This document shows positions 23,786 through 31,644 of a stretch of 57,295 nucleotides of DNA, one piece after another. The notes under the pieces were generated by a model that was not told the DNA's origin, searched no databases, and saw nothing but the letters and a program-made list of their open reading frames with translations. This DNA comes from an uncultured Anaerolineaceae bacterium (GTDB lineage Bacteria > Chloroflexota > Anaerolineae > Anaerolineales > E44-bin32): positions 1-57,295 of the forward strand of contig CAYZXF010000335.1 in NCBI GenBank assembly GCA_964482355.1. Reading direction: 5' to 3'. The number at the start of each line of letters is the position of its first letter. Position 1 is the first letter of the stretch. A program made the position numbers and the translations under genes.

Positions 23786-25283
23786 ACGCTATATTCCTCG
23801 ACGTTATCCAGTTAAGTACCCTCTTGTCAGGCGGCACAGAGACCATGTTCATCCAGTGCCGCTCTGGCCAGCAGCCACACTTTTCTTTGAATTTCACGGC
23901 CGCCCAGCCGGGCTTGTAGTTGTGCTCGGCGCCGTAGCGCTTCAACATGCAGAAGAGAATCTCGTGCGACACCCATCCCTTTGGCAGCTTCTCCACCAAC
24001 GCTTTGCCGATGCGCACCAGATCAGCTTGAGTGGTGGCGACGTCGCGTTTTGTAAACGGCACCTTCCAGCCACATTCCGGGCATACCCTGGAGCGGCTGA
24101 AAATATAATGGCACTCCTCGCACTCGTGCTGTTTGGCCTCCTCAGCCTCTCCGGATTCTTCGTTGCGCGTCCAGTTCTCGCAGGCCTTCTTGCCCGGATC
24201 TAGGCGCCAACGAAACAGGTCATCTGCCTGCCCAAGTGCTGGCACGTTGCCGGCGTGATCTAGGACCATGGTGGCACCACCATCGATATTCGGACGCATA
24301 CCTCGGCCAAGGGATTGATGATGGAAAACGATGCTTTTGGTCGGCCTAGCTAAGACCACACAATTGATACTTGGAGCATTGTACCCGTAACTCGCGATTC
24401 CAACGTTTACAAGCACTTGAATTATCTGGGATTTGAACTGTTCGTTAAGCTGATCTCGATCGCTATCATCAAGGTGAACGTGCAATGCACCGGCACTAAT
24501 TCCAACCTGCTTAAACCGATCGGCGAGCAGCTCACAATGAGCAATATCAACAGCAAACACTATCGTATGGCAATCAGAGGCCAACCGCAGCCAGTTGTCG
24601 ACGACATCTCCCACTAATTTCACACAGCGATTTGACAGTTTTTTTACCTCATAATCGCCGCGCCGAATCTTAATCCCCTCCATGTCTGGTGTAGCACCCC
24701 CCCAGTATTCCATTTTGCAAAGATGTCCATCTTTGACAAGCCTTCTTATGGTTGTGATGTGCTTTAGAGTCGACCAGAATGTTCCAAGACCCTTACCAGT
24801 CAGTCTGGCTGGCGTTGCTGTATAGCCATCGATAGCAGCCTTGGGTGCATAGTGTTCAAGTATTTCCAGAATCTTAGGGGCGGTTGACAAATGGCACTCA
24901 TCGGTCAACAGACGGTCCACCTTTGGAAACCAAAAGTCAGAGCGCCGAGCACGTGAAATCAGTGTAGGCCACGACACAATATGAATTGGGGATACCGGAT
25001 TCCATCGCTCACCCTCCCTTTTTGCCCTGAGCATGGTGACGTTTTCTGCACCACAAACCTCACTTACAATATTATGAGTCTGACCAAATATCTCATTACG
25101 CGGAGTCAAAATCGCCGTCGAATTGCCGCGCTCCATTTCACGCTTTGCGGTAAATGCCTGCATCAAACTTTTGCCTGATCCGCACGGGGCTATGTGTATT
25201 GGCCGCAATTCTTTACCATGATTCAAAGCATAATTAACGGACTCCTCTTGGTAATCTCGAAGAACGAATGTCATACGTGACAC
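23733..25283 (-). CDS. SF2 (DEAD/DEAH-like) DNA helicase with a C-terminal zinc finger
   Basis: 516 aa. Motif I is APCGSGKS and motif II is LLTDECH. Helicase C motifs are present (QSLGRGMR). It also has CEECHYIFSRSRVCPECG. Confidence 0.8.
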   Translation of the reverse strand: MSRMTFVLRDYQEESVNYALNHGKELRPIHIAPCGSGKSLMQAFTAKREMERGNSTAILTPRNEIFGQTHNIVSEVCGAENVTMLRAKREGERWNPVSPIHIVSWPTLISRARRSDFWFPKVDRLLTDECHLSTAPKILEILEHYAPKAAIDGYTATPARLTGKGLGTFWSTLKHITTIRRLVKDGHLCKMEYWGGATPDMEGIKIRRGDYEVKKLSNRCVKLVGDVVDNWLRLASDCHTIVFAVDIAHCELLADRFKQVGISAGALHVHLDDSDRDQLNEQFKSQIIQVLVNVGIASYGYNAPSINCVVLARPTKSIVFHHQSLGRGMRPNIDGGATMVLDHAGNVPALGQADDLFRWRLDPGKKACENWTRNEESGEAEEAKQHECEECHYIFSRSRVCPECGWKVPFTKRDVATTQADLVRIGKALVEKLPKGWVSHEILFCMLKRYGAEHNYKPGWAAVKFKEKCGCWPERHWMNMVSVPPDKRVLNWITSRNIAYAKGREKSERRKSSVSS

Positions 25284-25759
25284 CAGCTTTTTTTCGCACG
25301 CACCTTGTAGATTGTCCGGCGGGTAACGCCATATTGTTTGGCTAAGATTCTTGGAGCTTTTGTGCTTTGTCTTATTTCCAATACCCCTGCTTCGGTCAAT
25401 TTGGCCTGCGGCTTCTGACTTCCTACCTTATGTAACATTGCCGTGTTATCTCGCCCTCGTTCTATGCAATCCGCCCTATTTGTTTTCGCACTGCCTGCGT
25501 AAAGGTGATCGGGATTAATACAGTCTGTGACATCACAATGGTGGCAAATGTGCACCCCGTCTGGAATTGCGCCATGAGCAATATGATAAGAAACCCTATG
25601 TGCTAAGTATCTCTTATTGTTGATTGTTAGCAGCCCGTAGCCTTGGCGATGCTTCCAGCCCCTCCATCTCCAACACCCAGCAGCGTCTACCACATAGCCA
25701 TTCAGAATCCTTTTCTTAATGGATTCAGTGATCTGGTACTGGCGTTCCTCAATCTCCAC
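25271..25759 (-). CDS. HNH homing-type endonuclease with a C-terminal HTH
   Basis: 162 aa. LAHRVSYHIAHGAIPDGVHICHHCDVTDCINPDHL is an HNH_3-type motif. AKLTEAGVLEIRQS...LAKQYGVTRRTIYKV is an HTH. The gene overlaps the helicase start by 13 nt. Confidence 0.75.
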   Translation of the reverse strand: MEIEERQYQITESIKKRILNGYVVDAAGCWRWRGWKHRQGYGLLTINNKRYLAHRVSYHIAHGAIPDGVHICHHCDVTDCINPDHLYAGSAKTNRADCIERGRDNTAMLHKVGSQKPQAKLTEAGVLEIRQSTKAPRILAKQYGVTRRTIYKVRAKKSWCHV

Positions 25760-25786
25760 TGGTCGTTTGTCCTGTTTGGTCAGTGG

Positions 25787-26191
25787 TCATCTGATCGATT
25801 TCTCTGTGTAATCGACGTGTCGAGATGAGCAATTCTCCATTTCTTTGTAATGAATCGCCCAGCTACAGTGTGGGCAACAAGGCAGGTACTTTCCGCCGCG
25901 CCACATGCTTTCGAGTTTCTTGGCCACCTTCATCCACGGCTTCCATGCCTTCAGTTCGGTGATTTCGCGGCGCATCGACGCTAATCGGATAAAGAACTGA
26001 TTTTCCCGATGGGCCATTTTTTTGAGGAAATAGAACGCGGAAACAATGGCCTCGCAGTCTCGGCATTCGACAGTGCCTTTTGATTCATCAATCCATACCC
26101 GTGGGTGATCGCACGTTGGCGACTTCCGGTTTTTGCGCTTCCACCCTTCAAAAGAAACAACTGCCTCAGTATCTTCAATATCGTGTCTCAT
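25787..26191 (-). CDS. Hypothetical Cys-rich protein
   Basis: 134 aa. It contains CDH...CRDCEA...CCPHC. Confidence 0.5.
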   Translation of the reverse strand: MRHDIEDTEAVVSFEGWKRKNRKSPTCDHPRVWIDESKGTVECRDCEAIVSAFYFLKKMAHRENQFFIRLASMRREITELKAWKPWMKVAKKLESMWRGGKYLPCCPHCSWAIHYKEMENCSSRHVDYTEKSIR

Positions 26192-26553
26192 GGCGCGAGT
26201 CTTCGTGGGACAGAAGTGAGGCGATCAAGCGCTTCGTGAGTGCCAGGAAATATCTCTGGCGCAGTGGCCAATGCATCGCGGGCAATAGTTGAGAGCCTTT
26301 GCGTCGTTTCGTGCGTGTCACCGGGCTGCCAGTTCGGCGTATACATCTCTGCGATCTTCTCAAGTGCCTTGCGCATGACTGTGTTCTCAGCGGCCAGTGC
26401 GCGATGATCTGGCAAACGCAGTGCCCAATACCCATCGTTACGTGCAACCCACTCACCAACCCCAATAGAGTTGCCGCAGTCATCTTCAACCTCAATGAAG
26501 CGCCCAGACTCATGGGCCGGAGGTCCATCAAATACTATGTCTATGGTTCTCAT
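26188..26553 (-). CDS. Hypothetical protein
   Basis: 121 aa with 4-nt overlaps on both sides. Confidence 0.5.
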   Translation of the reverse strand: MRTIDIVFDGPPAHESGRFIEVEDDCGNSIGVGEWVARNDGYWALRLPDHRALAAENTVMRKALEKIAEMYTPNWQPGDTHETTQRLSTIARDALATAPEIFPGTHEALDRLTSVPRRLAP

Positions 26554-26825
26554 TTCGATCCCTGTTGTTGTAGGGCGGACGTCTCATTGAGTTGTCGCTG
26601 TGCGTCCAGCAACGCGACCTTTTCACCCTCCAACACTTTCAGGTCAATCTCGAAGTGTCGAGCCAGAAGGCTTTGGACATTTTCGCTGGTCGGTTGATAT
26701 TGCTGGTAGTCACTTACGAACTCGGAAAGATATAGTCCTTGCTCGCCTGCCCACTCAAGAAACTCGCCGATAGCCTGACTCTGTGGCTGAATATCTTGCA
26801 GTTTTTCGTGCTCTGGTAAGTTCAT
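26550..26825 (-). CDS. Hypothetical protein
   Basis: 91-aa acidic ORF. Confidence 0.5.
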   Translation of the reverse strand: MNLPEHEKLQDIQPQSQAIGEFLEWAGEQGLYLSEFVSDYQQYQPTSENVQSLLARHFEIDLKVLEGEKVALLDAQRQLNETSALQQQGSK

Positions 26826-26837
26826 TTCAGGTTCCTG

Positions 26838-27050
26838 TCAGTTGTAGTCAGTTACCACGATGCAACGAACGCCCATCAATTCACACTTAGTTCCGCGTGG
26901 CGGGACTGGCTGATCGCTCATGGTGACTTCAATGAACTCCCTTGCTTCAGTTCGGGTTATTGCAAATCGGCGAAGATCTCCCAGATTGATTCCGCAACCC
27001 TTCAGTTGCTCGGACAGGTCAACAATTTCTTTCATAAAATTCCCGCTCAT
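26838..27050 (-). CDS. Hypothetical small protein
   Basis: 70-aa ORF with a 4-nt overlap with the upstream gene. Confidence 0.45.
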   Translation of the reverse strand: MSGNFMKEIVDLSEQLKGCGINLGDLRRFAITRTEAREFIEVTMSDQPVPPRGTKCELMGVRCIVVTDYN

Positions 27051-27262
27051 TTCTGCTCCTGTTGTCGTGCGTCACGATCCTGCGTCTGTGGATGACTCCA
27101 TGAAGGGTGCAGGTCAATGGCAACCTCCATCGTTGCGGCGCCTTTCGGCGTATCTGACCAGCCAAATATGCATCGCCCATCGGCATCCGGGTCAAAGTAT
27201 GTGATTTCGTACCGCTGACCGCGATCTCCACCTTCGAGTAGTTTTCCGCAGTTGTCAGTCAT
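27047..27262 (-). CDS. Hypothetical small protein
   Basis: The track ORF is 27047-27352. I prefer the ATG at 27262, which forms an ATGA overlap with the upstream stop. Confidence 0.45.
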   Translation of the reverse strand: MTDNCGKLLEGGDRGQRYEITYFDPDADGRCIFGWSDTPKGAATMEVAIDLHPSWSHPQTQDRDARQQEQK

Positions 27263-27444
27263 TGCCGCTGCCCGTCGTGGTCTGTGTCCGGCTTCTCGGC
27301 ATGTAGGCTCCAATCCAGAGTAATCACCACTTTTTTGTCGCAACTGCCGCACTCGTAGTCGAACTCATCTCGTATGCTCTCGGACTCGACAAAGATTTCT
27401 TCGCCGCAATAGGGACATTCAGGCATCGGATTGCACCTGTTCAT
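27259..27444 (-). CDS. Zn-ribbon small protein
   Basis: 61 aa. It contains CPYCG...CGSCD. Confidence 0.5.
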   Translation of the reverse strand: MNRCNPMPECPYCGEEIFVESESIRDEFDYECGSCDKKVVITLDWSLHAEKPDTDHDGQRQ

Positions 27445-27610
27445 CTGTGACTGTGGCCAGCCTTGCCTGCTCTTGTGCTATCAGACTGCCGAAAATCTCT
27501 CGACCACGGCAATTTTCTGGCGTCAGGTCATTGAACTCGGCGCTCTCATGGCACGGCCACATATTCCTCCGGCGCGTCCACGATGTACCGCAGCAATTGC
27601 AGGCGTTCAT
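27419..27610 (-). CDS. Hypothetical small protein
   Basis: 63-aa ORF with an uncertain start. An alternative 35-codon ORF (27546-27653, another frame) partly overlaps it. Confidence 0.4.
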   Translation of the reverse strand: MNACNCCGTSWTRRRNMWPCHESAEFNDLTPENCRGREIFGSLIAQEQARLATVTDEQVQSDA

Positions 27611-27645
27611 CGCAGTTTCGGAACGGACAGCTCACACACATGGTC

Positions 27646-27852
27646 TCAGCCATTGGAGTCGTGTCCTTTCTCGGCAGGCTCATAGCCCCATTTGTCCTCG
27701 GCCTGTTTCCGAGTGGCAGCGGTGAACTTAGGGCGATTTTCGCAACGCCAGTTAGCACATAGGACCGCCCAAGTGACGTTATCCGTCAGGAAGTCTTCTT
27801 CCTTTATGAGCTTCGGGTGCGCTCCGCAGTTAGGGCATTTTTTGAGGGTCAC
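27646..27852 (-). CDS. Lar-family-like (restriction alleviation) Zn-ribbon protein
   Basis: GTG at 27852 forms a GTGA overlap with the upstream stop. LKKCPNCGAHPKL...WAVLCANWRCENRPKFTAATRKQAEDKWG matches the Lar pattern CP.CG...C..C......A...W. Confidence 0.55.
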   Translation of the reverse strand: MTLKKCPNCGAHPKLIKEEDFLTDNVTWAVLCANWRCENRPKFTAATRKQAEDKWGYEPAEKGHDSNG

Positions 27853-28319
27853 GATCCGTCCCCCGTCTGCTCGCTTTCGGCTATGGCGGTGCCTTCCGGG
27901 CACTTCGCGCAAAATTGACCGAGCGGGGCGCCGTGGTGACACTGCTTTGAGTCAGCAGAAGCGTTGAGTTCAGCGCATTGGTTATCAGCAGCCTGTTTGT
28001 TATCCGACTTGAGGACGATGCGTCCGGTTTGTGTATCCTCGATGCTGAACCAACAGTCACCGCCACCAAAGAAAACCCGATAGCGCTTTTGTCTACCTGA
28101 GACTAGAGTAAATAACAGCTTTCTCGCCGTCATCGGTTGTAGGGGCAACTCCTTAATTGCCGCCTTTATTACTTCAAGTCTGCGCGCGCCTTCAGCAGTC
28201 AGGGATTCGATTTCGACCTTTGCTTTGTCCAGGTCTTCTGTTTGCAGTTGAGCAAAACTTATCCACTCTCGTTTACGCCAATTCGGGCGGCGCTTCTCCA
28301 AACCATCAAAACTACTCAC
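27849..28319 (-). CDS. Hypothetical protein
   Basis: The track ORF is 27849-28460. The GTG at 28319 forms a GTGA overlap with the upstream stop. The C-terminus contains CHHGAPLGQFCAKC. Confidence 0.45.
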   Translation of the reverse strand: MSSFDGLEKRRPNWRKREWISFAQLQTEDLDKAKVEIESLTAEGARRLEVIKAAIKELPLQPMTARKLLFTLVSGRQKRYRVFFGGGDCWFSIEDTQTGRIVLKSDNKQAADNQCAELNASADSKQCHHGAPLGQFCAKCPEGTAIAESEQTGDGS

Positions 28320-28606
28320 TTGTGACTGTCCTCGACTGCGGTAATGTCCGTGATCTGCTGAATGTGTAAATAGCCATCCTCGAAATCGGCGTGAAACGTC
28401 CAATACTCGGCATCGTATTCGTCGATCCAGTTGTCCTTGTCCTGCAACTGGAGCTGCCAATACATCGCTTCATCTGCGGTAGCGTCTTCGACCGACCCAA
28501 ACATGAGTGCCAGAACTTCGAGGTAGACCGCCTTCTGTCCGATAACGATCTTTGACCCGAAGCCATCGCCGCCATGAGTGACCAAATAAGGTATTTCAGG
28601 GTTCAC
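28316..28606 (-). CDS. Hypothetical acidic protein
   Basis: 96-aa ORF. Confidence 0.5.
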   Translation of the reverse strand: MNPEIPYLVTHGGDGFGSKIVIGQKAVYLEVLALMFGSVEDATADEAMYWQLQLQDKDNWIDEYDAEYWTFHADFEDGYLHIQQITDITAVEDSHK

Positions 28607-28764
28607 TGCCTATCTCCTACTAAAGTATTCTGCCAATCAATAACCGGCTGAATCAGCACCATCGTTTCTTCGTGCCAACTATCGATCATGGAAAGATCGC
28701 AGTCATCAACGACAAGATTGCCAACACATAATGGGCAGCAAGTATTTTTAACGGTCACTCGCAC
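28603..28764 (-). CDS. Hypothetical small Cys-containing protein
   Basis: The track ORF is 28603-28845. The GTG at 28764 is preceded by AGGGAG and overlaps the upstream TAG by 1 nt. Confidence 0.4.
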   Translation of the reverse strand: MRVTVKNTCCPLCVGNLVVDDCDLSMIDSWHEETMVLIQPVIDWQNTLVGDRQ

Positions 28765-29303
28765 TACGCTCCCTTCACCAGCGGCGATTGTTCTCTGCAT
28801 CCCCACGGCTCCAGCTTTTCGCATTGTCCAGGTGAACAGGAGCACCAGTTTACCCTTGCACTAAGCATGGTCTGCAGAGCCTTGAGTGCTTCATCATGGC
28901 TGCCCATCTGTAACATTTCGAATACGCCCTTAACCTCGGGCAATATTTCATCATTGATCGATGGCTGGTAAACAATAGCCCCGGGCCTAACATCCAAGTC
29001 GCCAACTGCAACCGCTTCGAGCTGTACAGGAGGCGGATTCGGCACCACCTTGACGTAGTTCTCAAACTCGAACGCATCGACAATGCTCATGCGGCCATCG
29101 CCATGTTTGACAAGCCACGCAAGATCAGGAATCGGCAGCTCCTCGCCGTTAATCGTGATCCAATTTTGGCCATCAATGGTGAGAAACGCTCGACTGTCCA
29201 GCCACTCAGGCCATAGCTTTTCCTGATAGCGAGATGACTCGGTGATCTGATAACCCTCGATCGTTTCATCACCAATGGTGTAGCGAAAATCTTGGTCAGC
29301 CAT
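28764..29303 (-). CDS. Hypothetical protein
   Basis: The track ORF is 28764-29396. I prefer the ATG at 29303 (MADQDFRYTIGDE...), just inside the ParB-like gene's 3' end. Confidence 0.5.
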   Translation of the reverse strand: MADQDFRYTIGDETIEGYQITESSRYQEKLWPEWLDSRAFLTIDGQNWITINGEELPIPDLAWLVKHGDGRMSIVDAFEFENYVKVVPNPPPVQLEAVAVGDLDVRPGAIVYQPSINDEILPEVKGVFEMLQMGSHDEALKALQTMLSARVNWCSCSPGQCEKLEPWGCREQSPLVKGA

Positions 29304-30027
29304 CGAAATCCCTTTTCGTTTGTTCAAGTGATGGAGTACGGTATGCGATGACCGCGTGCGCTGCCCATGTGGACACATACTCCAAATCCGCGACATCCGC
29401 TTGAGTCAGGTCCAGCCTGAGCGCATCGCCACCCGGATACGGGAAAGCCTTATACAGTGCGTTCGCCTGCCGGAGCTCATCGCGTTCGGTCTCCGCTTGT
29501 GTCGGCTCCGGCTTGGCCGCGCGATTATCGTCCGGGCTTGGCTCCTGAGTAGAGTTGGGGGGTGAATCGTTCACCCCTGGTTCTGCCGCTGCCGCCTGGT
29601 TCGCGATTCGTTGCACCGTGCGCTTGGTAACACAGCAAATATCGGCTTGCTCCTGACGGCTCATTTGGGATATCTGCGGGTCCTTCAGGGCGATCTCAAC
29701 GGCGTTTCGCTTGTCAGCGCTAGTGCGACGCAGGCCGTGCTCGCTGTTCCCACCAAGCGCGTGTATGAGCGCCTCGTGCATGCCGCCTTCGTGGACTTCG
29801 CACTCTATTTCGTCCCGCTCAGCATGGACCGCGGCATAAAGACGGTGAAAACCGCGTGAGAGAATCGTTCTCGAGGAGTCCTTCTCACGAAACACATCGA
29901 TCGGCGGCATAATGGCGCCCGCCTTGATGTCCTCGCAATACTCGTCAATGATGTCCTTGTGCAGCCGGGTGCGAACCTGGGTTTTATCTGATGCCTCTAT
30001 GGAATCGCATTTAAGAAACGTCGCCAC
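29296..30027 (-). CDS. ParB N-terminal-domain protein with an HTH
   Basis: 243 aa. MPPIDVFREKDSSRTILSRGFHRLYAAVHAERDEIECEV is a ParB/Srx-like box. ICCVTKRTVQRIANQ is an HTH. Confidence 0.75.
   Translation of the reverse strand: MATFLKCDSIEASDKTQVRTRLHKDIIDEYCEDIKAGAIMPPIDVFREKDSSRTILSRGFHRLYAAVHAERDEIECEVHEGGMHEALIHALGGNSEHGLRRTSADKRNAVEIALKDPQISQMSRQEQADICCVTKRTVQRIANQAAAAEPGVNDSPPNSTQEPSPDDNRAAKPEPTQAETERDELRQANALYKAFPYPGGDALRLDLTQADVADLEYVSTWAAHAVIAYRTPSLEQTKRDFDG
29559..29577. repeat. Palindrome GGGGTGAA-TCG-TTCACCCC (variant, inside the ParB-like CDS)
   Basis: Read directly. It has the same outer GGGGTGA.../...TCACCCC arms as the 19-mer and encodes GVNDSPP. Confidence 0.35.
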
Positions 30028-30316
30028 CGCTACTCTCCTCAGCTTTTAGCGGTAGCTCCTGCTGGCTGTTGTAAATCCGCTCGAGTTCGGCTTCGTGCTC
30101 ATTCGCAAGATCAGTCACTACTCGATAGCGCAGGCTTTTCGTCTGATTGCTGCAGCTTAACCGCATCACATCATAGGGATTGATCTCGGTTTTGCTCTCT
30201 TTGCAGATGCGCTGGCCAGCCTCACGCATCGCAACGATCATCGCACTCAGTCGCTCATCAGACTGCGCCCGCATACGCTGCCGGAACGTTACTCTTTTCG
30301 CTTTGCTTTTCTTCAT
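30011..30316 (-). CDS. Hypothetical basic protein
   Basis: 101-aa ORF. Confidence 0.5.
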   Translation of the reverse strand: MKKSKAKRVTFRQRMRAQSDERLSAMIVAMREAGQRICKESKTEINPYDVMRLSCSNQTKSLRYRVVTDLANEHEAELERIYNSQQELPLKAEESSGGDVS

Positions 30317-30573
30317 GTCGGATCCCTGTTCAGTAGTTCGTCCTCGGCCGCGGATAGGAAGTCACGGTTTTTCGACTCCAGCACCCTGACCTCCTCGACG
30401 GTCATAGCCTTGCCGTCGTCATGAAATCGGTACTTTGGCAACGGCACCGGGTCTATCTTTTCAACGCGCCAGCGCAAATAGCCCGATGGAATGTCCGTGA
30501 TGTCCTGGCCTTTGTGCTTACCGAAATGGCATTTCACTTCACTCTCCTCATCAAAATAGGGTTCCCGCGACAC
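30313..30573 (-). CDS. DUF3820-like small protein
   Basis: GTG at 30573 is preceded by AGGAAA. HFGKHKGQDITDIPSGYLRWRVEK matches the FGK.KG..l.diP..YL.W pattern. Confidence 0.55.
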   Translation of the reverse strand: MSREPYFDEESEVKCHFGKHKGQDITDIPSGYLRWRVEKIDPVPLPKYRFHDDGKAMTVEEVRVLESKNRDFLSAAEDELLNRDPT

Positions 30574-31143
30574 TTGGCCGCTTTCCTTTGCAACCTTGTT
30601 GGGCGACTACCTCCAACGACATAATGGTCTTGTGGATGCTCCGGCGCACGATTTGTTCACACCCACTAACGTGGTTGGTTTCACGCACCATCGGGCAAGG
30701 ACTGTTTGTCGTGCTCATTAAATTCTGTATTACAGATATACCTCCGGCCCTTCCCTTGTCGGAACCCAAGGTCAGTTGATGCCTTCTCTTGTCGTGCCTT
30801 ACAGGGACCAAGATCAACGGACGGCCGGTAGGTCCTTCCTTGGATTTGTCTCGGTTTGAGTTCACAAACTGCTTTGAAGTGGCACCGGACCCAAAGCCGC
30901 GAGCTTCGGAACGTATCCGGTTGATTGGCGTATATCCGGATTGCCAACCTTGACCACCATCAAAACAGCCTGTTACACGGTCAGACCTCTCCAAAACACC
31001 GCTGGAACGCGGGAAGGTCTTGCAGATTGCAGACGGATTCATGCTAGAATGCCTGCATCTGGTCTCCAAGCCGAGCGCATTACCAGATACGAGGCCCCTC
31101 CCTATTCGCAACGGAGGGGCTTCATTCATTGAGAGTATCGAAA
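30574..31143 (-). other. Unassigned 0.57-kb segment (open 198-codon frame with atypical codons, or a structured RNA/DNA element)
   Basis: The track ORF 30551-31147 spans it with a GTGA overlap onto the HNH stop. The product is Gly/Arg/Ser-rich with no hydrophobic core and carries many AGG/AGA/ATA codons. Numerous local hairpins are present, for example GCCCCTCC-N11-GGAGGGGC at 31094-31120. Confidence 0.3.
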
Positions 31144-31644
31144 TCACGCCGTCTCCGCAATAGAGGTTCGTTGCTTTTCGCGGAACAGCACCTTTTCTGC
31201 GATCGATTTATTTTCGACCGATAGATTACAAGGAAAACAGGCCATAACTAAATTAAATGGATGATTATTACCGCCCTTGCTGATCTCAAGTAAGTGCTCC
31301 AGCGTCAGGATTATTTCCAGCCCACAGAACCAACATGCCGGTCCATCTCTAGCAATAATGGTCCGCTCAAGAACTGTCTTACCTTTACCTGGGCGCTTGG
31401 TTTTATCGCCATCAAGGCCAGACCACGATTTTCTATTGATATAGCAGTCATACGCCTCGGCAAGGGCATCGTCCCAAGTCAAGTTGCCCCGCTTATTTTT
31501 GTAGAGAACCGATATTTGACCACGAACATTAACGCGCAAAACCTCCCACTCATTCGTAGGTGACAATAGTGCGGCACCGTTCCTCGATAGATATTCCCGG
31601 AACTTTTTTAGGCGCAACTGGCTATTGTGGACAGGTATTGTCAT
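31144..31644 (-). CDS. HNH nuclease translationally coupled to the HerA-like ATPase
   Basis: 166 aa. The HNH core is CWFCG...LEHLLEISKGGNNHPFNLVMACFPCN. It has an ATGA overlap with the ATPase stop. It is visibly AT-richer, with ATA/CTA/AGA codons. Confidence 0.7.
   Translation of the reverse strand: MTIPVHNSQLRLKKFREYLSRNGAALLSPTNEWEVLRVNVRGQISVLYKNKRGNLTWDDALAEAYDCYINRKSWSGLDGDKTKRPGKGKTVLERTIIARDGPACWFCGLEIILTLEHLLEISKGGNNHPFNLVMACFPCNLSVENKSIAEKVLFREKQRTSIAETA

Noticed and set aside
30631-30639. TGTGGATGC, a 7/9 match to a DnaA box, as evidence for an origin in the unassigned segment
   Set aside because: It is a single imperfect box with no cluster of boxes or adjacent AT-rich unwinding element, so it is not enough to call an origin.
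30860-30872. GTTCACAAACTGC on the plus strand, close to the group I intron R element (GTTCACAGACTAAA)
   Set aside because: I found no matching P, Q or S elements or P7 partner. The match is on the strand antisense to all local transcription and forms only a local hairpin, and no split host gene flanks the region.
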